DNA from: Bacteroidota bacterium
Lineage (GTDB): Bacteria > Bacteroidota > Bacteroidia > Chitinophagales > Chitinophagaceae
Assembly (NCBI GenBank): GCA_041173245.1
Contig: JBEDIY010000060.1
Coordinates: 15,640-79,639, forward strand
Length of the DNA stretch: 64,000 nt
Reading direction: 5' to 3'
Shown: piece by piece, positions 1-8,817 of the stretch
Layout: every line of letters starts with the position of its first letter
Numbering within the stretch: the stretch's first letter is position 1
Position numbers and translations under genes: made by a program
Notes under the pieces: model-generated
What the model saw: only the letters and a program-made list of their open reading frames with translations
What the model was told of the DNA's origin: nothing
Databases searched by the model: none

Positions 1-56
1 AATTGGTTTTATCAAACGGTTCGTGTGTTTTTTGAATAATTTGCCCAATTTTAGTT

Positions 57-64
57 TAATTTTG
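57..64 (+). promoter_or_regulatory. Bacteroidota-type -7 promoter box TAATTTTG upstream of lpdA
   Basis: Exact match to the TAnnTTTG consensus, 49 nt upstream of the ATG at 113. Confidence 0.4.
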
Positions 65-112
65 CAACGCAAACGGCCAATAGGCCCTTAATAATCAAGT
101 AATTTAGTTTTT

Positions 113-1519
113 ATGGCATATGATGTAATTGTTATTGGTAGCGGACCTGGTGGATACCCAGCTGCTATTCGTGCTTCTCAATTAGGTTTTAAAGTAGCCG
201 TTATTGAAAAGGAAAGCCTTGGTGGTGTTTGTTTAAACTGGGGTTGTATTCCTACCAAAGCCCTTTTAAAGAGTGCCCAAGTATATGAATATGTTAAGCA
301 TAGTGCCGATTATGGTATCAATGCAACTGGTACCCACGATTTTGGTGGTGTTATCAAGCGCAGCCGTGGTGTTGCCGATAAAATGAGCAAAGGAGTTCAA
401 TTCTTAATGAAGAAGAACAAGATTGACGTCATTATGGGCTATGGTAAAGTAGTATCAAAAGGAAAAGTAGAAGTGACTGCTGCCGATGGTAACAAGCAAA
501 TTCACGAAGCAAAATATATTGTTCTAGCTACTGGTGGTAGATCTAGAGAATTACCAAACCTAAAACAGGATGGAAAAAAAGTACTTGGATACCGTGAAGC
601 CATGGTACTTGCTGAGCAACCAAAATCAATGATTATTGTAGGTAGCGGTGCGATAGGTGTTGAATTTGCGTACGTATATAATAGTATGGGTACAAAAGTT
701 ACCATCGTTGAATTTATGCCGCGTATTGTTCCGGTAGAAGACGAAGATATTTCTAAAGAATTAGAAAAGCAATATAAAAAACAAGGCATCGAAATTATGA
801 CCAACGCTTCTGTAGAATCATTAGATACTTCAGGTACTGGTGTTAAAGCACATGTTAAAAAGCAGGATGGTTCTATGGTAACACTAGAAGCTGATGTTGT
901 TTTAAGTGCTGTTGGTGTAGTTGCAAATATTGAAAATCTTGGTTTAGAAGAAGCAGGTATTAAAGTTGATAAAGGAAGAGTGATTGTAGATAAATACCAA
1001 CAAACATCTGTTGCTGGTGTGTATGCTATTGGGGATTGTTCTCCAGGTCAAGCACTAGCGCACGTTGCTGCTAAAGAAGGGATCAATGCCGCAGAGCATA
1101 TGGCTTACCTCGAAAAAAAGCACCATCATTTACCAGACACAATTGATTACAACAATGTTCCTGGATGTACTTATTGCATTCCAGAAATTTCAAGTGTTGG
1201 TTACACCGAAAAGGCTGCTAAAGAAGCTGGCTACGAAATTAAAGTAGGTAAATTCCCATTTGTAGCAAGCGGAAAGGCAAGCGCAGCAGGTGCTACAGAA
1301 GGTTTTGTAAAAGTTATTTATGACGCTAAATATGGTGAGTTTTTAGGTTGTCACATGATTGGTATGAACGTAACCGAAATGATTGCAGAAGCAGTTGTGG
1401 CACGTAAATTAGAAACCACTGCGCATGAAATTTTAAATGCAATACACCCGCACCCAACAATGAGTGAAGGATTAAAAGAAGCAACTGCTGCAGCGTATGG
1501 CGAAGCAATTGACATCTAA
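113..1519 (+). CDS. lpdA: dihydrolipoyl dehydrogenase (E3 component)
   Basis: 468 aa. FAD-binding GSGPGG, redox-active disulfide motif GGVCLNWGCIPTK, second dinucleotide fold GSGAIGVE, C-terminal HPHPTMSE interface motif. Confidence 0.95.
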   Translation: MAYDVIVIGSGPGGYPAAIRASQLGFKVAVIEKESLGGVCLNWGCIPTKALLKSAQVYEYVKHSADYGINATGTHDFGGVIKRSRGVADKMSKGVQFLMKKNKIDVIMGYGKVVSKGKVEVTAADGNKQIHEAKYIVLATGGRSRELPNLKQDGKKVLGYREAMVLAEQPKSMIIVGSGAIGVEFAYVYNSMGTKVTIVEFMPRIVPVEDEDISKELEKQYKKQGIEIMTNASVESLDTSGTGVKAHVKKQDGSMVTLEADVVLSAVGVVANIENLGLEEAGIKVDKGRVIVDKYQQTSVAGVYAIGDCSPGQALAHVAAKEGINAAEHMAYLEKKHHHLPDTIDYNNVPGCTYCIPEISSVGYTEKAAKEAGYEIKVGKFPFVASGKASAAGATEGFVKVIYDAKYGEFLGCHMIGMNVTEMIAEAVVARKLETTAHEILNAIHPHPTMSEGLKEATAAAYGEAIDI

Positions 1520-1541
1520 GATCTAATCAAATAATAGGAGT

Positions 1542-1574
1542 AAGGCCGCAAGAAATTGTGGCCTTATTTTTTTT
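1542..1574 (+). terminator. rho-independent terminator after lpdA (probably bidirectional)
   Basis: 9-bp stem AAGGCCGCA / TGTGGCCTT with a 6-nt loop, followed by a T9 run. It overlaps the last codons of the convergent DUF4197 gene. Confidence 0.65.
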
Positions 1575-2286
1575 CAAAAACTTTGCGCAGTAAATCTGTG
1601 GTTCTTGCAGCAGGGTTGGCTCTAATATCTTTTTCCTGTGTAGCAATTTCGGTGTATATACCCGATAAAGATTTATCAGTTACATAGCCAACTAAATCAG
1701 GATTCATTTTTTTACCAATGAGTGGAATGCTATTATAGGTAGTTATTATTTTTTCCCAGTTTTTAGTGGCATTTACTTTATCAAGTGAAGTTTTAATAAT
1801 GGGCGAAAAGCTTTGCGTAAGTGCAATGTTGGTTTTTGTTCTCAAATAAGCGGTTGCAGAGGTATCACTTCCTCTTAAAATATTGATACCATCGGTAATG
1901 GTCATTTCTTTAATTGCTGATGTAAAAATAGGAATGGCTGTTTTACAAGCATCTTCGGCGGCACGGTTCATAGTCACAATCATATCGTCTACGAGTTGGT
2001 TAAAGCCCAATCTTCTAAGTGTTGATTCTATTTTTTGAGCCTCTGGCGGCATGATAATTTTTAATGCAGCGTTTTCTAAAAAACCGCCTGGACTAGAAAG
2101 TTTTTGTGTACCTGTTTGTGCACCTTTTAACAAGGCTTCTTTTAAGCCACCTGCAATATCTTCTGTGCTTAATCCTGTTTTTGGTGACTCGAGTGAAGAA
2201 GTAGCTCTTTTAATTAAGTTACCTATTTTTTGTGCATGAAGGGTTTGAAAACCAATTAGGGCAAGTATTAAAACGTATTTCTTCAT
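1564..2286 (-). CDS. DUF4197 domain-containing secreted protein
   Basis: 240 aa. Signal peptide MKKYVLILALIGFQTLHAQ. The overall pattern (GLKEAL..G....KL...GGF......KI.MP, MNRAAE, ATAYL) matches my recollection of DUF4197. Confidence 0.6.
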   Translation of the reverse strand: MKKYVLILALIGFQTLHAQKIGNLIKRATSSLESPKTGLSTEDIAGGLKEALLKGAQTGTQKLSSPGGFLENAALKIIMPPEAQKIESTLRRLGFNQLVDDMIVTMNRAAEDACKTAIPIFTSAIKEMTITDGINILRGSDTSATAYLRTKTNIALTQSFSPIIKTSLDKVNATKNWEKIITTYNSIPLIGKKMNPDLVGYVTDKSLSGIYTEIATQEKDIRANPAARTTDLLRKVFEKK

Positions 2287-2369
2287 GATAAAGCATTTAA
2301 AGCCTAAAGGTACGTGACATAAGGGTCAATATTTGTGAATGTTTTGCTATAGTTAAGCCCCACTGTCCT

Positions 2370-2377
2370 TACCTTTG
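2370..2377 (+). promoter_or_regulatory. -7 promoter box TACCTTTG upstream of prfC-rimO
   Basis: Exact TAnnTTTG match, 23 nt upstream of the ATG at 2400. Confidence 0.45.
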
Positions 2378-2399
2378 CAGCGCATAATTTAATAGCTTC

Positions 2400-3986
2400 A
2401 TGAAATACGAGAAAGAGATAGGTAGACGCAAAAGTTTTGCCATTATATCGCATCCGGATGCGGGTAAAACTACATTAACAGAAAAGTTTCTGTTATTTGG
2501 TGGAGCTATTCAAACTGCAGGTGCTGTAAAAAGCAATAAGATTAAAAAACACGCCACTTCCGATTTTATGGAAATTGAACGTCAGCGTGGTATCTCGGTA
2601 GCTACATCGGTGATGTCTTTCGAATATAAAGACTTTTTAATTAATTTATTAGATACACCCGGCCACAAAGATTTTGCTGAAGATACCTACCGAACACTTA
2701 GTGCAGTGGATAGTGTTATTCTGGTAGTGGATAGTGTAAACGGGGTAGAGGCACAAACCAAACGCCTTATGGAAGTGTGTCGTATGCGTGACACACCCGT
2801 AATTGTTTTTATCAATAAAATGGATAGAGACGGTAAAAACAGATTTGATTTGTTAGAAGAAATTGAAAACGAACTACATATTTCGTTACACCCTATGACC
2901 TGGCCTATTAATAGTGGTAAAGAATTTAAAGGGGTATATAATTTGCATGACAGGAACCTTCGTTTGTTTACGGCTAGCACCAAAGCAGATGAAGAAGATA
3001 TTGTTGCAATTGATGATTTACAAGATGCGTTACTAGAAACTAAAATAGGTAAGCGTGACGCTGATCAATTAAGAGAAGACGTGGAACTCATCGAAGGTGT
3101 ATATGGCGCTCTAGATGCCCAAGATTATTTAACCGCGAAAGTAGCTCCTGTATTTTTTGGTAGTGCTGTAAATAATTTTGGCGTAAAAGAGATGCTAGAT
3201 ACGTTTATTAGAATTGCTCCCGTGCCGCGAAGCCGTGAAACTTCTAAACGACTAGTAGAAGTTGGAGAAGATAAGTTTAGTGGATTTATATTTAAAATTC
3301 ATGCCAACCTAGATCCTAAACACAGAGACCGTATTGCTTTTATGCGCGTGTGTAGTGGACGTTTCGAAAGAAACAAATACTACCACCATGTAAGAAATGA
3401 TAAAGAAATGCGCTTTAGCAATCCATATACTTTTTTGGCACGTACCAAAGATGTTATTGAAGACGCATACCCTGGTGACGTAGTAGGTTTATTTGATACC
3501 GGAAATTTTAAAATAGGTGATACCTTAACTGAAGGAGAAGATTTTTTCTTTACAGGCATTCCTACTTTTTCGCCAGAAATTTTTAAAGAGCTTGTAAATA
3601 AAGATCCCCTAAAAACAAAGCAATTAGAAAAAGGGATTAGTCAATTAACTGATGAAGGAGTAGCGCAGTTGTTTACACAGTTTGGTGGTAACAAAAAAAT
3701 TATTGGTTGTGTGGGTGATTTACAATTTGAAGTCATTCAGTACAGACTCCTCCATGAGTATGGAGCAGCCTGCGAATTTAGAACCCTTCAATTTTATAAA
3801 GCCTGCTGGCTTACTTCTACTGTAGCTGGTAAGCTCGACGATTTTTTACGATTCAAGCAACAAAATGCTGCAGTAGATAAAGATGGTAATCCCGTTTATT
3901 TAGCACAAAGTGAATGGTTTTTAAACACCGAAATCACCAATAACCCAGATATTACTTTTCATTTTTCGAGTGAAATTCATAAATAA
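2400..3986 (+). CDS. prfC: peptide chain release factor 3
   Basis: 528 aa. Translational GTPase motifs [25 protein letters not shown]. Length and C-terminal region typical of RF3. Confidence 0.93.
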   Translation: MKYEKEIGRRKSFAIISHPDAGKTTLTEKFLLFGGAIQTAGAVKSNKIKKHATSDFMEIERQRGISVATSVMSFEYKDFLINLLDTPGHKDFAEDTYRTLSAVDSVILVVDSVNGVEAQTKRLMEVCRMRDTPVIVFINKMDRDGKNRFDLLEEIENELHISLHPMTWPINSGKEFKGVYNLHDRNLRLFTASTKADEEDIVAIDDLQDALLETKIGKRDADQLREDVELIEGVYGALDAQDYLTAKVAPVFFGSAVNNFGVKEMLDTFIRIAPVPRSRETSKRLVEVGEDKFSGFIFKIHANLDPKHRDRIAFMRVCSGRFERNKYYHHVRNDKEMRFSNPYTFLARTKDVIEDAYPGDVVGLFDTGNFKIGDTLTEGEDFFFTGIPTFSPEIFKELVNKDPLKTKQLEKGISQLTDEGVAQLFTQFGGNKKIIGCVGDLQFEVIQYRLLHEYGAACEFRTLQFYKACWLTSTVAGKLDDFLRFKQQNAAVDKDGNPVYLAQSEWFLNTEITNNPDITFHFSSEIHK

Positions 3987-3989
3987 TCC

Positions 3990-5318
3990 ATGAAGTCAAA
4001 AACACTACATAAAGACAAGGTTAATATTATTACACTAGGCTGTAGTAAAAATTTAGTGGATAGTGAAGTGCTTAGCGGTCAGCTCATGGCTAGTGACATA
4101 GAAGTGGTACATGAAAACACTAAGCTAGACCACAATGTAGTAGTGGTAAATACCTGTGGATTTATTGACAAAGCGAAAGAAGAAAGTATCAATACCATTT
4201 TAGACCAACTCGAATTAAAGCGCAGGGGTAAACTAGATAAAGTATACGTAACCGGATGTTTGAGTGAAAGATACCGAGGCGATTTGGAGTCAGAAATGCC
4301 AGAGGTAGATGCTTGGTTTGGTACGATGGAACTTCCTTTAATGCTTAAAAAGTTTGATGTAGATTATAAAGCAGAATTAGTAGGAGAGCGATTTTTAAGT
4401 ACACCGCAACACTACGCGTATTTAAAAATTAGTGAAGGTTGTAACCGTACCTGTTCATTTTGTGCCATTCCACTTATGCGTGGACAGCACGTTAGCCGAA
4501 CCATCGAAGACCTAGTAATCGAAGCAGAAGGTCTTGTAAAAAAAGGCGTTAAAGAAATCATGCTTATTGCGCAGGAACTTACCTATTACGGATTAGACAT
4601 TTACAAAGAGAGGTCACTCCCTAAATTATTACATGCCCTAGCAGATGTTAAAGGCATCGAATGGATCCGTTTGCATTATGCATATCCTAGTAAGTTTCCA
4701 TTGGAAATTTTGGATGTAATGCGGGAGCGTTCAAATATTTGCAAGTACCTAGATATGCCGCTACAGCACGCTAGTAATAGCATGTTAAAAGCGATGAAGC
4801 GTAATATTACGCGTGAAGACATGTCTGTACTGATTAAAGAAATTAGAGCAAGAGTACCGGGTATTTGTTTGCGTACTACTTTAATTGCTGGTTTCCCTGG
4901 TGAAACAGAAGACGATATCGAAGAGCTAAAAGAATTTTTACAAGAACACCGTTTTGATAGGGTAGGTATATTTAGTTATAGCCACGAAGAAAACACTTCT
5001 GCCCATGATTTAGTAGATGACGTTCCTGCCGATGTTAAAGCAGAACGCGCTCAATCTATTATGGAAGTACAGCAAGAAATTTCGCTAGAAAAAAACCAAG
5101 AGAAAGTTGGCCAAATTCTAAAAGTAATTATCGACAAAAAAGAAGCGGGACGTTATTTAGGACGCACCGAGTTTGATAGCGTGGAAGTAGACAATGAAGT
5201 AGTTATTAATACCAAAAAGAAACTCACTATTGGAGATTTTGTTTGGGTAAAAATTACCAAAGCCTACGATTACGACATTGAAGGTGAACTAGTAGATAGT
5301 GAAGGTCGTTCTAAATAA
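3990..5318 (+). CDS. rimO: ribosomal protein S12 methylthiotransferase
   Basis: 442 aa. MTTase N-terminal Cys triad region (LGCSKN, NTCGF, TGC), radical-SAM CNRTCSFCAIP, C-terminal TRAM-like domain. Starts 3 nt after prfC. Confidence 0.9.
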   Translation: MKSKTLHKDKVNIITLGCSKNLVDSEVLSGQLMASDIEVVHENTKLDHNVVVVNTCGFIDKAKEESINTILDQLELKRRGKLDKVYVTGCLSERYRGDLESEMPEVDAWFGTMELPLMLKKFDVDYKAELVGERFLSTPQHYAYLKISEGCNRTCSFCAIPLMRGQHVSRTIEDLVIEAEGLVKKGVKEIMLIAQELTYYGLDIYKERSLPKLLHALADVKGIEWIRLHYAYPSKFPLEILDVMRERSNICKYLDMPLQHASNSMLKAMKRNITREDMSVLIKEIRARVPGICLRTTLIAGFPGETEDDIEELKEFLQEHRFDRVGIFSYSHEENTSAHDLVDDVPADVKAERAQSIMEVQQEISLEKNQEKVGQILKVIIDKKEAGRYLGRTEFDSVEVDNEVVINTKKKLTIGDFVWVKITKAYDYDIEGELVDSEGRSK

Positions 5319-6544
5319 TGAAAGTAAAAAGTAGCAGCAAGTGAAACAATAAAGTATAAGATAATAAATACACTTGCGTTACTATAATAACCATTAATGC
5401 CAAACCAATCTTTTTGGAAATATAAAACCGCTACACCAATAGCCACTTTTACAACTTCTGAAATAAGTGCTTCGCCACTTCTATCCATCAGCTCTGTGTG
5501 CGCATATACAAAAGCAAAAATAAACAAGCCGTATACAAACATATTAGGATTACCAATTTGAGCAATATTACCAAACAGGTAACTGATAAATAAAAGTAGT
5601 GCTACAAGTTGCAAATACGACCAAATAACGAGGCTTTTAGTCTCGTTGGTATCGTACTTTTCAAAATGATATACGTCTTCAATTTTATCTACCGGGTATT
5701 TATCTTCAACATCTGCGGGTCTCCAACCAGTTGGCATAAACCAAATTTTTAATTTACTAGACCAACTTTTTGTTCGCCATGCATCTTTGATAAGTAACCA
5801 TACATGTATGAAATTTATTTTGATAGGATTCCATGTTTGAACGGCTCTTGTAATACCGTAAACAGCAGGTACATTTGGATCTTCCTCTTTAAACGTACCA
5901 AATAATTTATCCCAAAAAATAAATATCTGCGCATAGTTTTTGTCTAGGTATTCTTTATTGATAGCATGATGCACTCTATGATGCGAAGGCGTTACAATAA
6001 TTTTTTCTAAAAAGCCCATATTGCCAATATGTTGTGTGTGGTACCAAAACTGAGCAAACAAATGAAGTGGTGCTACAATCGCAATTACTTTTGAAGACAC
6101 TCCTAATAATGCAGCTGGTAATAAAAAAATCACAAATATTTTTACAATTGACGAAATGCTTTGACGTAAAGCGCAGGCCAAATTGTATTCTTCACTACTG
6201 TGGTGAATAATATGATTGTTCCAAAATATATTGTATTGGTGTGCAATTCTATGGATCCAATAGCCAGCAAAATCAAGTGCCATAAAAGCAATAATATAGG
6301 TTAGAGGGCCGTCTGGTACTTTGGTTAAAGACCAGTGCTCCACCATCCAGCCGTAACTTATTACGGCAATGCTAAGCCCAAGTACATCTTTGGTTACATT
6401 GGTAACACCAGAACTCAAGCTAGCAATCATATCAAATGTTCTAACGGTTTCTTTACCTTTTAAAACGCCATACCATTTTTCTATAAGTACAAGTAGCAAA
6501 AATGCCGGCATGGCAATCAGTAATATTTTACCATAGCTTTCCAT
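5270..6544 (-). CDS. fatty acid hydroxylase / sterol desaturase superfamily membrane protein, alkylglycerol monooxygenase-like, with extra C-terminal multi-TM region
   Basis: 424 aa. His boxes HRIAHQ, HIIHHSSEEYNLACALRQS, HTQH, HHRVHH, plus DKLFGTF. Several TM helices on both sides. The 3' end overlaps rimO by 49 nt, convergently. Confidence 0.8.
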   Translation of the reverse strand: MESYGKILLIAMPAFLLLVLIEKWYGVLKGKETVRTFDMIASLSSGVTNVTKDVLGLSIAVISYGWMVEHWSLTKVPDGPLTYIIAFMALDFAGYWIHRIAHQYNIFWNNHIIHHSSEEYNLACALRQSISSIVKIFVIFLLPAALLGVSSKVIAIVAPLHLFAQFWYHTQHIGNMGFLEKIIVTPSHHRVHHAINKEYLDKNYAQIFIFWDKLFGTFKEEDPNVPAVYGITRAVQTWNPIKINFIHVWLLIKDAWRTKSWSSKLKIWFMPTGWRPADVEDKYPVDKIEDVYHFEKYDTNETKSLVIWSYLQLVALLLFISYLFGNIAQIGNPNMFVYGLFIFAFVYAHTELMDRSGEALISEVVKVAIGVAVLYFQKDWFGINGYYSNASVFIILYFIVSLAATFYFHYLERPSLSTSSPSMS

Positions 6545-6640
6545 AACAAAACGGGCTTTATTAAAATGGCCCTAACAAATGTAACTATTCTAGCGAATCT
6601 TACGTTATTTGCTGCCCTTGTTGTAATTTTAACCCTAATT

Positions 6641-8245
6641 ATGATTAAAGCTGCCGAGCAAGTTGCCTATCCTTTAACGGGCTATTTTTCTAAGCTGGTT
6701 TCTGATTACCTAGAAGCCAACCAGAATATAGCACCTTTTTATACCCATCCGCCTAATTTGGAAGGGATAAAGGAAGCCATTGCAGCACGCAATAATTTTA
6801 ATACACCAAGAGCTGCGCTTGTTGATGCACTCACGTTGCAGTACCAGTCAATTTCTTTAACAGAATTGGTTAAAGCTAACATTGCATCTTTAGGATTAGC
6901 AAATACATATACTATTACAACAGCACACCAACCTAATTTATTAACGGGGCCGCTTTATTTTATTTATAAAATAGCCCATACGGTGGCGCTTGCAAAATCA
7001 TTACAAAAGCAAATCCCGGAGGCAAATTTTGTACCTGTGTATTACATGGGATCAGAAGATGCCGATTTAGACGAGCTTGGTTTTATCAATGTAGGTGGTC
7101 AAAAACTTGTTTGGGAAACAAACCAAAAAGGCGCCGTTGGCCGAATGCTGGTTGATGCTAAATTAATAGCCCTCATTAAACAAGTAGAAGGTCAAATAGG
7201 TGTTTCTAGCCAAGGTGCAAGCTGGGTGTCAATATTAAAAGAAACATTTACGGTTGGTAAAACAATTGCACAGGCAACACTTGAAATTGTAAATCATCTT
7301 TTTGGTGAATATGGTGTAGTAATTGTACAGCCGGATTCAGAAGCATTAAAATCACTATTTACAAGTGTAATTGAAAAAGAATTAACCACTAGATTTTCCA
7401 ATAAAGCCGTACAGCAAACCATCAAAAATTTAAGTGCTCATTATAAAGTACAGGCTGCTGGTAGGGAAATTAATTTATTTTATTTACAAGCTGATAAAAG
7501 AGAACGCATTGTTCAAACAGATGCAGGCTATGAAGTAACTCCTTTAGGACTAAGCTTTACCAAAGAACAAATTTTAGCAGACGTACAAAATAATCCAGCA
7601 AATTATAGCCCCAATGTTATTTTGAGGGGTGTTTTTCAGGAAACTATTTTACCAAATATCGCATTTATTGGAGGAGGAGGAGAACTTGCTTATTGGTTAG
7701 AACTTAAACAAGTTTTTGCTGAAGCTGAAGTGCCTTTCCCAGTATTATTGTTGCGTAATTCATTTTTACTAGTGCCGGCCAAACAAGCTCTGCAGTTACA
7801 AAAGATGCATATTAACACCATCAATTTATTTAAAGGACGCCCGCAAGTAATTATAGATAGTTTTGTAAAAGCGAATTCGGTGCATCATTTACAAATTAAT
7901 GCTCAAATAGCTGCCATAGAAGCGCAGTATGCAAATATTAAAGAACAGGCAGCAGCAATTGATGCAAATTTGGTGGATCATATTGAGGCATTATCCCACA
8001 AACAAGCACAAAAGTTATTACAGGTTCAAAAGAAAATGCTTCGTGCCGAAAAAAGAAAGTATGAAGTGGAGCAACAGCAAATAACAAAAATTATGGAGCA
8101 GTTGTTTCCGGGCGGAAGCCTCCAAGAACGTACCGAAAATATAGCCGATTGGTATAAAATTTATGGCACCCATTTTGTGCGTGCCATAATAGAAAATTCT
8201 GATGATTTTAGTAAAGGATTTACCCTTTTATATCTTAACGATTAG
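6641..8245 (+). CDS. bshC: bacillithiol biosynthesis cysteine-adding enzyme BshC
   Basis: About 534 aa from ATG 6641 (MIKAAEQVAYPLTGYFSKLVSDYL). The N-terminus, length and C-terminal coiled-coil region fit BshC. The ORF-track start at 6566 adds a 25-aa hydrophobic extension beginning 22 nt from the divergent gene and is probably not used. Confidence 0.75.
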   Translation: MIKAAEQVAYPLTGYFSKLVSDYLEANQNIAPFYTHPPNLEGIKEAIAARNNFNTPRAALVDALTLQYQSISLTELVKANIASLGLANTYTITTAHQPNLLTGPLYFIYKIAHTVALAKSLQKQIPEANFVPVYYMGSEDADLDELGFINVGGQKLVWETNQKGAVGRMLVDAKLIALIKQVEGQIGVSSQGASWVSILKETFTVGKTIAQATLEIVNHLFGEYGVVIVQPDSEALKSLFTSVIEKELTTRFSNKAVQQTIKNLSAHYKVQAAGREINLFYLQADKRERIVQTDAGYEVTPLGLSFTKEQILADVQNNPANYSPNVILRGVFQETILPNIAFIGGGGELAYWLELKQVFAEAEVPFPVLLLRNSFLLVPAKQALQLQKMHINTINLFKGRPQVIIDSFVKANSVHHLQINAQIAAIEAQYANIKEQAAAIDANLVDHIEALSHKQAQKLLQVQKKMLRAEKRKYEVEQQQITKIMEQLFPGGSLQERTENIADWYKIYGTHFVRAIIENSDDFSKGFTLLYLND

Positions 8246-8269
8246 TATCTAAACGATGAGCCTTAATTA

Positions 8270-8791
8270 TTAGACATCGAAACTATTGTTCCAATCTGAT
8301 TTTAATTTGTTCACTTTTTCTGTAACCTCGTTACTTAAATTGTTTTTGTAAGTAGCAATTGTATTTGAAACTGTTTCGTTTGTACTTCCTACTATTTGAG
8401 CCGCAAGTATGCCAGCATTTTTTGCTCCATTAAGTGCAACAGTTGCTACTGGAACACCACTAGGCATTTGCAAAATTGAAAGAACAGAATCCCAACCATC
8501 AATTGAATTAGATGATTTAATAGGCACCCCAATAACGGGTAGGGTAGTAATGGAAGCTATCATTCCAGGTAAATGAGCGGCACCACCTGCGCCTGCTATA
8601 ATAACTTGCAAGCCTCTTTGTTTTGCAGTAGTTGCATACTCAACCATACGTATAGGTGTGCGGTGTGCAGATACCACGGTTAATTCAAATGGGATATTAA
8701 ACTGCTTTAAAATATTGGCAGCATCTTGCATAATTGCTAAATCACTGTCGCTTCCCATAATTATACCTACAATTGGTTGGACGGTACTCAT
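8270..8791 (-). CDS. purE: 5-(carboxyamino)imidazole ribonucleotide mutase
   Basis: 173 aa. MGSDSD and [10 protein letters not shown] motifs. Confidence 0.95.
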   Translation of the reverse strand: MSTVQPIVGIIMGSDSDLAIMQDAANILKQFNIPFELTVVSAHRTPIRMVEYATTAKQRGLQVIIAGAGGAAHLPGMIASITTLPVIGVPIKSSNSIDGWDSVLSILQMPSGVPVATVALNGAKNAGILAAQIVGSTNETVSNTIATYKNNLSNEVTEKVNKLKSDWNNSFDV

Positions 8792-8808
8792 AATGATAGT
8801 TTAAGTTG

Positions 8809-8816
8809 CAAATTTA
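8809..8816 (-). promoter_or_regulatory. -7 promoter box TAAATTTG upstream of purE
   Basis: Exact TAnnTTTG on the minus strand, 18 nt upstream of the purE ATG (8791). Confidence 0.4.
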
Positions 8817-8817
8817 C

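Noticed and set aside
6566-6640. 25-aa hydrophobic N-terminal extension of BshC in the ORF track, which could suggest a membrane-anchored BshC.
   Set aside because: The extension starts 22 nt from the divergent gene's ATG, leaving no promoter space. BshC homologs as I remember them begin about 10 residues before the GYFSKL-type segment, which fits the ATG at 6641.
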